DNA of 64,000 nucleotides from Candidatus Pacebacteria bacterium CG10_big_fil_rev_8_21_14_0_10_44_54 (GCA_002772695.1 PFDI01000006.1:1214-65213), one strand, 5' to 3'. Counted from the stretch's first letter, positions 10,057 to 19,570 are shown. The notes: a model not told the origin generated them from the letters alone. Made by a program: numbers and translations.

Positions 10057-10389
10057 ATGGCATATTTGCAACAATTTCGCACACCACTAATCGGTAATAT
10101 TATCATCATTCTTATTCAAGTCAGCCTGACTGTTGTAGCCTTAAAAACCATACAGCCAGTTGTTCCACTTCTAAACAATCAGCAGCTGGCAAACAACACG
10201 CTGTTGCCAAAAGCTTGGCTGACAGTTATTCCTACACTCTCACTCTTTTTTAGCCTCTGTAGCCTTTCACTCATGGTTTTTTGTCACAGCTTGAACAAAA
10301 CAGTTTTACATTTATTTGCTTGGACCAGCACAGCATTTAATGGCATTTTATTACTCGCGCTCACTCGCATCATTATGCTTGTCAGGTAA
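10057..10389 (+). CDS. Small 3-TM membrane protein (DUF1648-like)
   Basis: TM-PVVPL-loop-TM-TM layout; in operon with the WecA-like gene. Confidence 0.6.
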   Translation: MAYLQQFRTPLIGNIIIILIQVSLTVVALKTIQPVVPLLNNQQLANNTLLPKAWLTVIPTLSLFFSLCSLSLMVFCHSLNKTVLHLFAWTSTAFNGILLLALTRIIMLVR

Positions 10390-10394
10390 TACAT

Positions 10395-11456
10395 ATGCTC
10401 GCATTTTTTCTTAGTTTTTTGTTTGCTTTTCTTCTAGCACCAGTTGTAATTCGGCTCTATAAAAGACAAGGTTGGCTCGATGATCCTGCGCACAATACCC
10501 ATGTGAAAAAAACTCATACAACAGCAGTGCCACGCGGAGGTGGTTTGGTTATTTTTTTTGCCGTGCTAGCTTGTAGTCTACTTTTCTTACAGTTTGATCA
10601 ATACTTACTCGCTATCCTGACTGGAGCTCTCCTGCTCACTATAATCGGCTTCTTGGATGATATACTCGACCTTCATCCCTTTCCTCGTTTAGCGATAAAC
10701 GGCCTCGCAGCCTTAATCGTAGTTGGTTCTGGTATTGGTATAGCCTATATCAGCAATCCTTTTAGCTCTGGCGTACTCATGCTTGATCAACCGAGACTAA
10801 CGCTCTCATTCTTGGGTGAAACAAGAAGTATTTGGGTTTTGGCAGATCTCTTTGCTGTTTTTTTTATCATTTGGAATAGCAATATCGTTAATTGGTCAAA
10901 AGGTGTCGATGGACAATTGCCGGCTTTTTCAATGGTAGCACTCGTGTTTGTTGGTCTGTTGTCTCTTCGATTTTTTGATGATCCAACTTCGTTCAACACT
11001 GCCCAGCTTGCTTTCATTGTTGCCGGAGCATTTGCAGGACTACTGCCGTGGAATTGGTTTCCCCAAAAAATTATGCCGGGGTACGGTGCCGGCTCTCTAG
11101 CTGGATTTTTCTTAGGAGTACTGGCTATTCTCTCTGGAGCAAAATTAGCAACGACACTTATGGTACTTGCTATTCCAACAGCTGATGCTGTGTTTACCAT
11201 CGTTCGCAGACTACATGCAGGAAAATCACCATTCTGGGGCGACAGAGGACATCTACATCATAAATTATTTGATACCTTCGGTTGGAGCAGACAAAAAATA
11301 GCAATATTTTATGGCATCTCGAGTGTAGCGCTTGGCTTCCTCTCGCTGTATTTGAATACTGTGGGAAAATTGCTTACAATAGCAATTACCATGAGCCTCG
11401 TGTTTGGTCTCTTATCTTGGATAAAGATCAAAAAAAGTACTCAGAAAAAAATATGA
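10395..11456 (+). CDS. Polyprenyl-phosphate HexNAc-1-phosphate transferase (WecA/TagO/MraY family)
   Basis: PRGGG, GFLDD, N..GVDG and DRGHLHH motifs; ~11 TMs. Confidence 0.9.
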   Translation: MLAFFLSFLFAFLLAPVVIRLYKRQGWLDDPAHNTHVKKTHTTAVPRGGGLVIFFAVLACSLLFLQFDQYLLAILTGALLLTIIGFLDDILDLHPFPRLAINGLAALIVVGSGIGIAYISNPFSSGVLMLDQPRLTLSFLGETRSIWVLADLFAVFFIIWNSNIVNWSKGVDGQLPAFSMVALVFVGLLSLRFFDDPTSFNTAQLAFIVAGAFAGLLPWNWFPQKIMPGYGAGSLAGFFLGVLAILSGAKLATTLMVLAIPTADAVFTIVRRLHAGKSPFWGDRGHLHHKLFDTFGWSRQKIAIFYGISSVALGFLSLYLNTVGKLLTIAITMSLVFGLLSWIKIKKSTQKKI

Positions 11457-12421
11457 CTGCGTCGCTCCCCAAAACTCTTTTTCTGTTGTTAAAAACAGCC
11501 CGTCCTCGACAATGGGTAAAAAATCTCTCGTTATTCGCAGCTTTACTCTTTTCTGGTTTCTTGTTTTATAACCCTGTAGATGCTTTGCCGTACTTTTGGA
11601 CTGTAGCTCTGGCAACACTCACTTTTACGTTGGTTACTTCTGCTATTTACATAGCCAATGACCTCGTTGACAAAAAAGCTGATGCCCAACATCCATTTAA
11701 GCGAAAACGACCCATAGCGTCGGGAGAGCTTTCAACCGAAGTGGCAAAACTGGCTGTCTTCTCTTTACTTATTCTGGCGGGGTTTTTTTCACTTTATTTT
11801 TCACTTTTTTTCAAACTGCTGGTACTGCTGTATATTCTGCTACAAATTGGATACTCAAAAATATTTAAACATGTTCCAATTCTTGATGTTGCTTCAATTG
11901 CACTTGGGTTTCTAATTCGAATTTATGCGGGCTCTGTCGTGGTCAACCTACACATGAGTGTTTGGTTTTTGCTCACAGTTATCTCTGCTTCACTCTTTCT
12001 TGCGGTAGGGAAAAGACAAAGTGAGAGAACCCTACTAATGGGAAATTCTTCTGAATCAATTGGAAGTACTAGAAAAATCCTCAAACGATATAGCGAGCGC
12101 TTGCTGGATCAATACACTGCAATGTTTGCCACAGCAACTTGGCTGACATACGCTATCTTTACTTTTCAAAATGAAGTCATTGTTCCACAATCTGAATTTG
12201 CAACAATCTTTCGGCTGTTACCAAAAACACTTCACACCCAAAAATGGCTTATGATCTCTGTACCCTTTGTCATCTTTGGTGTCATGAGGTATTTGCAGCT
12301 TGTGTATGAAAAAAACCAAGGAGAATCTCCAGAGCGAGTGCTCTTTAATGACAAGCCCCTACTCATCACCGTTTTTCTTTTTGGCCTCAGCGTTATTTTT
12401 GCCTTGTACTTACTTGCATAA
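11453..12421 (+). CDS. UbiA-family prenyltransferase, decaprenyl-phosphate phosphoribosyltransferase-like
   Basis: RPRQWVKN, NDLVD...D..HP.KR.RPIASG and GKR motifs; ATG at 11453 overlaps the upstream TGA (ATGA). Confidence 0.88.
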   Translation: MTASLPKTLFLLLKTARPRQWVKNLSLFAALLFSGFLFYNPVDALPYFWTVALATLTFTLVTSAIYIANDLVDKKADAQHPFKRKRPIASGELSTEVAKLAVFSLLILAGFFSLYFSLFFKLLVLLYILLQIGYSKIFKHVPILDVASIALGFLIRIYAGSVVVNLHMSVWFLLTVISASLFLAVGKRQSERTLLMGNSSESIGSTRKILKRYSERLLDQYTAMFATATWLTYAIFTFQNEVIVPQSEFATIFRLLPKTLHTQKWLMISVPFVIFGVMRYLQLVYEKNQGESPERVLFNDKPLLITVFLFGLSVIFALYLLA

Positions 12422-12424
12422 TTT

Positions 12425-13675
12425 ATGCAGCGATTTGTAGAGCGCTACTACAATCCCTTGTTGCTCGTACTCGTAGCAATCGCATTTTTCTCTCGCCTCT
12501 ATCGAATTCACATTCCAGAGCGGTATATGTTTGATGAGGTATATCACGCTGTGACAGCTCAACTCATTGCAAAAAATGATCCAAGAGCTTATGAATGGAC
12601 TGCCCAGTCTGATCAACCAAATACTGCAATTGATTGGCTGCATCCACCGGGCGCTAAATTATTTCAGGCTGGAAGCGTGTTGTTATTTGGCGAAACTAGT
12701 TTCGCTTGGCGAATTAGTTCTGTTGTATTTGGAACGCTCGTGGTTCTTACAGTGGGTTGGTTAACCCAAGCTTTGTTCGCAAATAAAGCACTCTCGCTGT
12801 TCGCCACACTCTTTGCAGTTTGTGACGGTTTACTACTTGTACAATCTCGTATCGCGATGAACGACATTCATGTCACGTTTTTTATATTGCAAACACTGCT
12901 ATGGTATTGGCTCTACCGAGAAAAAAAAGTTGTAAAGTATTTTATAGTCGCAATTGTAATGGCTGGTTGTGCTGTAGCAAGCAAGTGGTCGGGATTATTT
13001 GTATTTGGAGTGATCACAATTGTAGAACTTGCTCAGTGGCAGAAAGATCAAACTATACATCTGCTACAAAAAATTTCTCTATTACTACTACTTCCATTAG
13101 GAATATATCTGGCAAGCTACTCGCAAATGTGGCTACAGGGAAAATCACTTACCCACTTTATTCAACTTCACAAACAAATTTGGGCCTACCAAACAACTTT
13201 GACTGCGACTCACCCATACCAATCTACTCCTCTCCAGTGGTTCTTGAATATCAGACCTGTTTGGGTTTCTGTTGAGTACGGCAGCGAAACTAGGGCAGAC
13301 ATTTATGCTTTTGGTAATCCAGCATTATTTTTTTGGGGCATGTTTGCCATACTGTTTAGTGCTGTTTCAGTAGTACAGCTTCGAAAAAAAATCTCACCAG
13401 CGTTTATATTTTTATTCTTAGCTTATATTATAGTCTGGACCCCCTGGTTTCTCTCTCCTCGCGTTATGTTCTTTTATCACTACACACCAGCCGTCCCTTT
13501 ACTCTGCATCTTACTCGCCTACTGGCTGGTGAAAATAAACAAAAAATCTCTCACGATAACAATTTCCATCAGCATCATTCTTGCCAGTATTGTTTGGTTT
13601 CCTCATTGGACACAACTGCCTGTTTCAAACAAATTTGCTGATGATATTTACTTTTATTTTACAACGTGGAAATAA
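12425..13675 (+). CDS. Protein O-mannosyltransferase-like (PMT/GT39) glycosyltransferase
   Basis: FDEVY, HPP, SRIAMND, KWSG, HPYQS.P..W, GNP and R..F.YHY.P motifs. Confidence 0.88.
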   Translation: MQRFVERYYNPLLLVLVAIAFFSRLYRIHIPERYMFDEVYHAVTAQLIAKNDPRAYEWTAQSDQPNTAIDWLHPPGAKLFQAGSVLLFGETSFAWRISSVVFGTLVVLTVGWLTQALFANKALSLFATLFAVCDGLLLVQSRIAMNDIHVTFFILQTLLWYWLYREKKVVKYFIVAIVMAGCAVASKWSGLFVFGVITIVELAQWQKDQTIHLLQKISLLLLLPLGIYLASYSQMWLQGKSLTHFIQLHKQIWAYQTTLTATHPYQSTPLQWFLNIRPVWVSVEYGSETRADIYAFGNPALFFWGMFAILFSAVSVVQLRKKISPAFIFLFLAYIIVWTPWFLSPRVMFFYHYTPAVPLLCILLAYWLVKINKKSLTITISISIILASIVWFPHWTQLPVSNKFADDIYFYFTTWK

Positions 13676-13677
13676 TC

Positions 13678-16600
13678 CTACTCCAAGAAAGTAAGTTCGC
13701 GAATTTCTCTCATTACTTCTTTAATCAGGTTTGATAGATCAGCAACTGCGGCATCGGTTAGCTCAAATGAGCGAGAAACAATCTTACCACTGGTTTTATG
13801 AGGCTCTACAAACTCAAAAACACCTTCGGTAACTTTTGGGTGAAAGGTCGGGTCAAGATCGGCTAATAGTTTATAAAAAAGTAACTGACGCTTGTATGGT
13901 CCACGAATACTTTCCGATAGTGATTGTTCTCTCTCAGACAGCTCTGCGGCTTGTGTCTTGCCTTCGATATCATTGTGACTACGCTGCTTACCTGTTTTGT
14001 AATCAATAACCCGGACAGTATTTTTTGATTTATCCACCCAATCAACTCGATCAACTCTACCACTTAACGCAATGCCATCGAGCATCGTAGTCGAAAATCC
14101 AGAACCAAAAAATCGTTCAATAAAAACAGGCTGCGCAGAGAATCGTTCGGCATTTTGGTAGTATGCCTCGAGTAAGTTTTTGCCATACAATGCTCTCGTT
14201 TCTAACTCATCTTTGCTCAACAACTCACGCTCCAATGCTCTGGTAAAAACTTGTTGTGCGCTCGACAAACTTGGCAAACTGTCTGACTCAAGGATACTGC
14301 GAAAAACAAATTCCAACGCCTTGTGTACTGCCGAGCCGAACGCCATTGGTGCGGGTTTTGCCTGAGGCAAACGAAGCAACACATCTTCGAGAAATTCTTT
14401 TGGATCTCGCAAGTATTTGTTGAGTGCTGTTACTGAAAGCCGAAAATCAGTAAGTAAACATGCGATGTACTCCCTCTCTGATGAAGAGTACTTGGCAGTA
14501 AATTGCGACATGACACTTGTTTCCAAAAACTGTTGTTGTTCAAATGTATCTATTTCCTGACTTACTTTTGTTTCAGAAAGTGAGATCATCTCACTAAAAA
14601 ACTGCGAAGGCAGTAAATATTTCTGCCTTCCTGACTGTATTGCTGTTTGAGAATAGCTTGCTACAAACTCCTTTTTTGCTCGAGTGAGTGCAACATAAAA
14701 TAATCTGCGATCCTCTGCCAGCTGCTCGTGTTTGTCTGTGGCTGAAAATTGCAGAACTGCCTCTGGTAATACCAATAAACTTGGTTTTCGCACGTTTCCC
14801 CAAACTCCATCAATGCAATTTGTAAGAAACACATACTCCCATTCTCGTCCCTTGGCTTTGTGTGCAGTGGTTACATCAATCGCATCTGTATTTGTTTGTA
14901 AATACTCTGCTTCTAGACGAATTCCACGATCTTGCATGATTGCAACAGCTCTCAAAAACGCCTCTAAACCAAAAGAGTGGTCGTTGTAGCTGAGCTGTTT
15001 AACAGTGTTGGTTAGTGCCTGAATTTCTGCAAGAAAGGTAAATTTTTCTGGCTGTTCTAGCAACCAAACTAGGTATCCAGACTCATGTAATATCTTGGTA
15101 AACCAATCTGGAAATGGCTCTTGTTGTTCGGTAACCCCCCAAAGCTTCAGCTTGGCAACAAAACGTACAATTGGATCATCACTCGACAGCTCGGTCGATT
15201 CTTCTATTAATTCAAACAGTGAAACTCCTTGTTTGCTCGCTTGTCGACCAAGCGTCCAGAGATGCACTCGAGAAATACCGAGCCAAGCAGCTCCTAGCAC
15301 TGCAAATAAATCATAACCTGCCTCGCCACCTCGCAGCTCAAATATAGTCTGCAACAGTTTTATCAATCCCAAAATATGTGGTTTGTCCAATACGCTTGTG
15401 CCCCCCGAAACAGTGCAGGCAATTCCTTGTGCCAAAAGTGATTCCGCTACAGCAAACACTTCTTTATTAGTTCGGCACAAAACTACGATTTCCTGAGACG
15501 ATATACCGCTTGCGAGTAGGCTGCGTACCCGTCCAGCTAATGCCATGTGCTCCATCCAACTTGTTTCTGCTACAACAACACTTGCACCAGTCTTGAGTTT
15601 TGTTTCTGCCAGAAGCTTGGTGGTTAATCCATCATGCAAGAGGGATGGTAATGAATCGGGTAACCGAGTGTGGGAAGTAAGTGAAAACGCAGCATCATAA
15701 ATAGGCTGTGGACAACGATATCCAATCTTGAGCGTTACTACTCTGGCTTGTGGATACAATTCAAGAAAGCGGTAGGTATTCTCTAAAGAAGCTCCCTGAA
15801 ATCGATAGATAGCCTGATGTGGATCTCCAACCACAAATACATTGGCATCAGCACCCCAAAATGAGGTAAGGTACTCTACCAGTGAATTCTGGGCAGTGTT
15901 TGTGTCTTGGTACTCATCAACTAGCACGTACAAAAATCGCTCCTGACAGATACTCAGAAAATCTGGATTATCTGTAAATGATCTCAAGACAAAAAGAATC
16001 ATATCTTCATAATCGTAACGCTGTTGTTCTCTAAGAGCGTTTTCATATGCCACATATAATTCAAGCAACTCCTGGTTTTTTGCTCGACTGCGAATAAATT
16101 TAATCTGCTCTGCTTTGGTACTCGGCGTTTGCACCTCAGCAAAAGCAGTCTCAACAATTGTGGCAAAATCTGCTGGAGAAACCCCTTCGCGCTTGAGCTC
16201 GCCAATCGCTCTCATAACAGCTGACACATAGAGAAGTGGTTGGTTGAGGGGCTTGAGAATATCAAGCGGCATAGTTTCAAACAGCCTATGCAAAATTTCT
16301 GATCTCTCTAGTTCAGTCACCGGCTCACTCTCTTGGGCAATTGGAAAATACTCAGGATACTCTTTAATCAGAGAAGTACAAAAAGCGTGAAAAGTCGTAA
16401 TTGTCACTGAATACCCGACCGAACCGATCAAAGATACAAGACGAGATCGCATCTCACTGGCTGCAGCATCAGTAAAGGTAAGCGCCAAGATGCTCGATGC
16501 AGGTGTGTCAGTCTGCTGTAAAATCTGGGCAATACGCAAAGATAAAACTTGTGTCTTGCCCGTACCGGGGCCTGCCAACACCATCACGGGGCCATCGATG

Positions 16601-16683
16601 GTATCTACTGCAAGTTTTTGATCTGGATTGAGTTGTTTGTAAAATTCAAGAAATGATTTCTTTCCCCTCATATTTTCTTGCAT
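13678..16683 (-). CDS. UvrD/REP-family SF1 helicase fused to a C-terminal PD-(D/E)XK nuclease
   Basis: AGPGTGKT, LTFT, TFHAF, VDEYQD, VGD..QAIY.FQGA, TAHKAKGRE, RRLFYVALTRAK; C-terminal GRVDRVD...IDYKTG...QL.FY. Start at 16683 overlaps the alkA stop. Confidence 0.92.
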   Translation of the reverse strand: MQENMRGKKSFLEFYKQLNPDQKLAVDTIDGPVMVLAGPGTGKTQVLSLRIAQILQQTDTPASSILALTFTDAAASEMRSRLVSLIGSVGYSVTITTFHAFCTSLIKEYPEYFPIAQESEPVTELERSEILHRLFETMPLDILKPLNQPLLYVSAVMRAIGELKREGVSPADFATIVETAFAEVQTPSTKAEQIKFIRSRAKNQELLELYVAYENALREQQRYDYEDMILFVLRSFTDNPDFLSICQERFLYVLVDEYQDTNTAQNSLVEYLTSFWGADANVFVVGDPHQAIYRFQGASLENTYRFLELYPQARVVTLKIGYRCPQPIYDAAFSLTSHTRLPDSLPSLLHDGLTTKLLAETKLKTGASVVVAETSWMEHMALAGRVRSLLASGISSQEIVVLCRTNKEVFAVAESLLAQGIACTVSGGTSVLDKPHILGLIKLLQTIFELRGGEAGYDLFAVLGAAWLGISRVHLWTLGRQASKQGVSLFELIEESTELSSDDPIVRFVAKLKLWGVTEQQEPFPDWFTKILHESGYLVWLLEQPEKFTFLAEIQALTNTVKQLSYNDHSFGLEAFLRAVAIMQDRGIRLEAEYLQTNTDAIDVTTAHKAKGREWEYVFLTNCIDGVWGNVRKPSLLVLPEAVLQFSATDKHEQLAEDRRLFYVALTRAKKEFVASYSQTAIQSGRQKYLLPSQFFSEMISLSETKVSQEIDTFEQQQFLETSVMSQFTAKYSSSEREYIACLLTDFRLSVTALNKYLRDPKEFLEDVLLRLPQAKPAPMAFGSAVHKALEFVFRSILESDSLPSLSSAQQVFTRALERELLSKDELETRALYGKNLLEAYYQNAERFSAQPVFIERFFGSGFSTTMLDGIALSGRVDRVDWVDKSKNTVRVIDYKTGKQRSHNDIEGKTQAAELSEREQSLSESIRGPYKRQLLFYKLLADLDPTFHPKVTEGVFEFVEPHKTSGKIVSRSFELTDAAVADLSNLIKEVMREIRELTFLE

Positions 16684-17309
16684 CACTGCTCCAAGCATTG
16701 CCATAGCGCAACCGAGCCAAACGTTTTGTACGGTGACCAGGGGGCAATAATTTTTTGTATTTGTTCTTTGCTTGGTTTTTCTATTTTGTATAACTTAATA
16801 ATACCTTTGCGCAAACCCAAATCTCCAAATGAAAAAATATCCTGACGAAGTAGTGTAAACATCAAAAACATCTCCGCAGTCCAGCTACCTACACCCTTAA
16901 CTTTGGTCAGCTCAACTATTACTTCATCTTCTGAAAGTGAATCAAGAGAATTAAAGTCAACTTCATTATCTTGAAATTTCTGTGCTAGATCTTTGACATA
17001 CTTCACTTTTGCCCAAGAAAGTCCAATATTCCGCACTGAATGGTCTGCAGCCAACAAAATTTGTTTTGGAGTATACTCACCACCAAAAAATTGTTCGAAC
17101 TTTTTATAAATTGCTGATGCAGCTTTACCAGAAAGTTGCTGCCCCACTATTGCTCTGCAAAGAGCGACAAAGTAATCTGTTCCTGTCGTACGACTCTCGA
17201 CCCTCTCAAACCATTTGCCTAGATCAACTTTAAGCAACACCTCATAAATGATTGGGTCTACTTTTTTGAAGTGAACAAACACATGCTCGTAATCATTAGT
17301 TTTTGTCAT
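16683..17309 (-). CDS. alkA: DNA-3-methyladenine glycosylase II (AlkA/HhH-GPD family)
   Basis: IVGQQLS, GLS..K, HhH LTKVKGVGSWTAEMFL, GDLGLR, W.PY. Confidence 0.9.
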   Translation of the reverse strand: MTKTNDYEHVFVHFKKVDPIIYEVLLKVDLGKWFERVESRTTGTDYFVALCRAIVGQQLSGKAASAIYKKFEQFFGGEYTPKQILLAADHSVRNIGLSWAKVKYVKDLAQKFQDNEVDFNSLDSLSEDEVIVELTKVKGVGSWTAEMFLMFTLLRQDIFSFGDLGLRKGIIKLYKIEKPSKEQIQKIIAPWSPYKTFGSVALWQCLEQ

Positions 17310-17506
17310 TCAGATTTTATTTCCTGTTGCAGCCTACCAATTTGTCGAGACATGCGCTCACCTGCCTGTTTGAAATTGTCACGCAAAGGCGCATTGCTTG
17401 CAAACTGTGCTCGAGCCAGTTGGCGTCGTTTGGCAATAGCAGACTTGAGTCGAGATTCGAGCGCTTGGGCGCGTTGTTGGCCGAAAGACATAGTTTTCTT
17501 TTGCAT
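17306..17506 (-). CDS. Small basic helical hypothetical protein (66 aa)
   Basis: ATG start; stop overlaps the alkA ATG (ATGA coupling); coiled-coil-like composition. Confidence 0.6.
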   Translation of the reverse strand: MQKKTMSFGQQRAQALESRLKSAIAKRRQLARAQFASNAPLRDNFKQAGERMSRQIGRLQQEIKSE

Positions 17507-17539
17507 ACTAAACCATAAATACTATACACTCAGCATACT

Positions 17540-17821
17540 ATGAAACACGAACAATACATGCAACTTGCAATTGCCGAAGCTAAAAAAGCAGAGCAAGCTG
17601 GTCGCACTCCACTCGGAGTTGTGATTGTAATGAATGACGAGGTTATTATGGCCGGAACAAGTCATGTTAGCGAGTGGCTCGATCCAGCCGCGCATGGCGA
17701 AACATACTGTATGCGAGTGGCCTGCAAAAAACCTTACCAACTCAATTCTACTACTTTGACCCAAGTATTCTCAGCCTCTACCTATCAAAAAATATCACAA
17801 TTCTGGGAAAATTATGTTTAA
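17540..17821 (+). pseudogene. Truncated nucleoside/tRNA deaminase (TadA/guanine deaminase-like)
   Basis: YMQLAI.EA....G..P.G.VIV and DPAAHGE (HxE) are present. Similarity stops at about 17732 and I found no downstream PCxxC zinc motif. Confidence 0.75.
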
Positions 17822-17834
17822 AAATAATGTCTCT

Positions 17835-17862
17835 CAAGTGTCACGATTATCTCAGACACTTG
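17835..17862. promoter_or_regulatory. Putative Crp/Fnr-type operator
   Basis: CAAGTGTC-N12-GACACTTG inverted repeat containing TGTCA-N6-TCTCA (near CRP TGTGA-N6-TCACA), upstream of the Crp gene. Confidence 0.5.
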
Positions 17863-17945
17863 TCTAAAATACGGAATACCCGTCATTTATATGCAGCATA
17901 CAATGGGAATCGGGCATCCCACTACCTAGTAGGATATAATTAAGC

Positions 17946-18620
17946 ATGGCAAAGAAAAGTAAAACCAAGGTGTTTGAAGATTTTTTTGCTCAGTTTCAGT
18001 TGCGATCGTACAAACAAGGAGAAATGATAATTCGGGCAGATGATGACCCACGGGGCATTTTTTGCCTCACCAAAGGATATATTCGCCAGTATGTGATTTC
18101 TAGAGCCGGTGGCGAACTCACCTTGTATATTTTGCAACCGATTTCCTACTTTCCAATGGTCTGGGCTTTCAACAATACTCCCAATGTCTACTACTACGAA
18201 ACACTTACTCCAGCTGAGATCGGCAGAGCACCTAGAAATCAGGTTCTAGATTTTATTAAGGATAAACCAGACTTAATTTTTGAACTCATGAGTGAGTTAT
18301 TGAGGCGACATGAAGAGTCGCTCGCGAGAATTGAGCACCTGGTTTTTAGCGATGCATACCGACGAGTTATCTCAATGTTACTGTACGTCGCTAAGTACTT
18401 TGGTGCCAAAAATAAAGATGGCATTGTTGTGAATCACCGTTTTACTCATCAAGATATCTCTACCTTAGTTGGTGTAGCCAGAGAAACAGTGAGTATCGAG
18501 ATGGGCAAGTTAGTGCAACGAAAGTTTATTACTTTTGTCGGCCATACCATGATTTTTAGCGACATTGTACGGCTAGAACAAGAGCTACGCAGCTCTAAAA
18601 CCGCCCCTGCTAACAATTAA
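17946..18620 (+). CDS. Crp/Fnr family transcriptional regulator
   Basis: N-terminal cNMP-binding beta-barrel; C-terminal HTH FTHQDISTLVGVARETVS. Confidence 0.93.
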   Translation: MAKKSKTKVFEDFFAQFQLRSYKQGEMIIRADDDPRGIFCLTKGYIRQYVISRAGGELTLYILQPISYFPMVWAFNNTPNVYYYETLTPAEIGRAPRNQVLDFIKDKPDLIFELMSELLRRHEESLARIEHLVFSDAYRRVISMLLYVAKYFGAKNKDGIVVNHRFTHQDISTLVGVARETVSIEMGKLVQRKFITFVGHTMIFSDIVRLEQELRSSKTAPANN

Positions 18621-18622
18621 CT

Positions 18623-18638
18623 GGTAATTTCTCTCACA
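18623..18638. promoter_or_regulatory. Second putative Crp-like site
   Basis: GGTAA-N6-TCACA just after the crp stop and upstream of the small-protein operon. Confidence 0.4.
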
Positions 18639-18747
18639 ACTTTTTTTGCTGTTGCATTACTGAACTTGGTTGTCATGGCATATATACTTCTTTTCAACAC
18701 AACACACGCTATCAATAAGTTAGTAGTACCAAAGAAAGTAATAAGAT

Positions 18748-19044
18748 ATGTTAAACAGCACATCAAAAACTGCATCGCAATCAAATAGTATCAACCCCAC
18801 AGTCGCCGCGACCATCACAGGAGCAGCTATTGGTGCCGGAGTTGTCGCTGCTGGAGTAGTAGCAATGAAAAACAGCACAAACCAAGAAAAAGTCAAACAG
18901 GTCATCGACGATGTAAAGGCTAAGGCTTCTAGCTACATGCGCACAGCTGAGGAGCAAGTTAGCAATGGAAAATCGAAAGTCGAAGAAACCAAAGGTGTGG
19001 CTCACAAGTCTAACCAGAAAGTGAAGAAAATATGGCAGAAGTAA
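18748..19044 (+). CDS. YtxH-like small protein (glycine-rich TM plus helical tail)
   Basis: GAAIGAGVVAAG hydrophobic segment followed by a Lys/Glu-rich amphipathic helix. Confidence 0.65.
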   Translation: MLNSTSKTASQSNSINPTVAATITGAAIGAGVVAAGVVAMKNSTNQEKVKQVIDDVKAKASSYMRTAEEQVSNGKSKVEETKGVAHKSNQKVKKIWQK

Positions 19045-19406
19045 TTAAACTTGAACCAGCAGTCGTGATCCAAGACACTCCTGCAATAAACACGACACCC
19101 GCATCAAAACAGACAACTGAATACATACTGTACTATCTGCTGGGAGCTCTTGAAGTACTGCTCGGTTTCCGACTCATTCTCAAGTTGCTGGGAGCTAGCG
19201 CGAGCAGTGGTTTTGTAGACGCAATTTATGCTGTCAGCGGCATATTTATTCTCCCCTTTGAAGGTATTTTTAGCAGGGGGTATACGCAGGGTGTCGAGAC
19301 CACTGCTGTGCTAGAACCATCAACCATAGTTGCTATGATTGTCTACGGAATGCTTGTTTGGGGGATTAGTAATCTTTGGCATATTTTGAAAAAGGAGCAG
19401 TCATGA
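19032..19406 (+). CDS. YggT-like membrane protein
   Basis: LL.FRLILKLLGA...FV..IY..S...ILPF.GIF pattern. Confidence 0.7.
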   Translation: MAEVIKLEPAVVIQDTPAINTTPASKQTTEYILYYLLGALEVLLGFRLILKLLGASASSGFVDAIYAVSGIFILPFEGIFSRGYTQGVETTAVLEPSTIVAMIVYGMLVWGISNLWHILKKEQS

Positions 19407-19546
19407 ATCTTTCACTCACCACATTGAGTCCGGTAACAGCCTTAATTTTTGGAGTGTTAATCTTACTGTTTCCCCGATTTTTAAACTACCTGATTGCAGG
19501 ATATCTCATCATCACAGCGCTCATTGGTTTGGGTGTATTTAACTAG
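19403..19546 (+). CDS. DUF3096-like small membrane protein (47 aa)
   Basis: Not in the ORF track: MNLSLTTLSPVTALIFGVLILLFPRFLNYLIAGYLIITALIGLGVFN*. AAGGAG RBS and ATGA overlap; G.LIL..PR.LNY..A.YLI motif. Confidence 0.8.
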   Translation: MNLSLTTLSPVTALIFGVLILLFPRFLNYLIAGYLIITALIGLGVFN

Positions 19547-19570
19547 AAGTAACAGTACGAAAGACATAGT

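Noticed and set aside
11282-11452. N-terminal extension of the UbiA ORF
   Set aside because: Overlaps the WecA-like gene; the ATGA-coupled start at 11453 is more plausible
17674-17943. 89-aa ORF as a frameshifted continuation of the deaminase
   Set aside because: No PCxxC or other deaminase C-terminal motif; it runs through the AT-rich regulatory region
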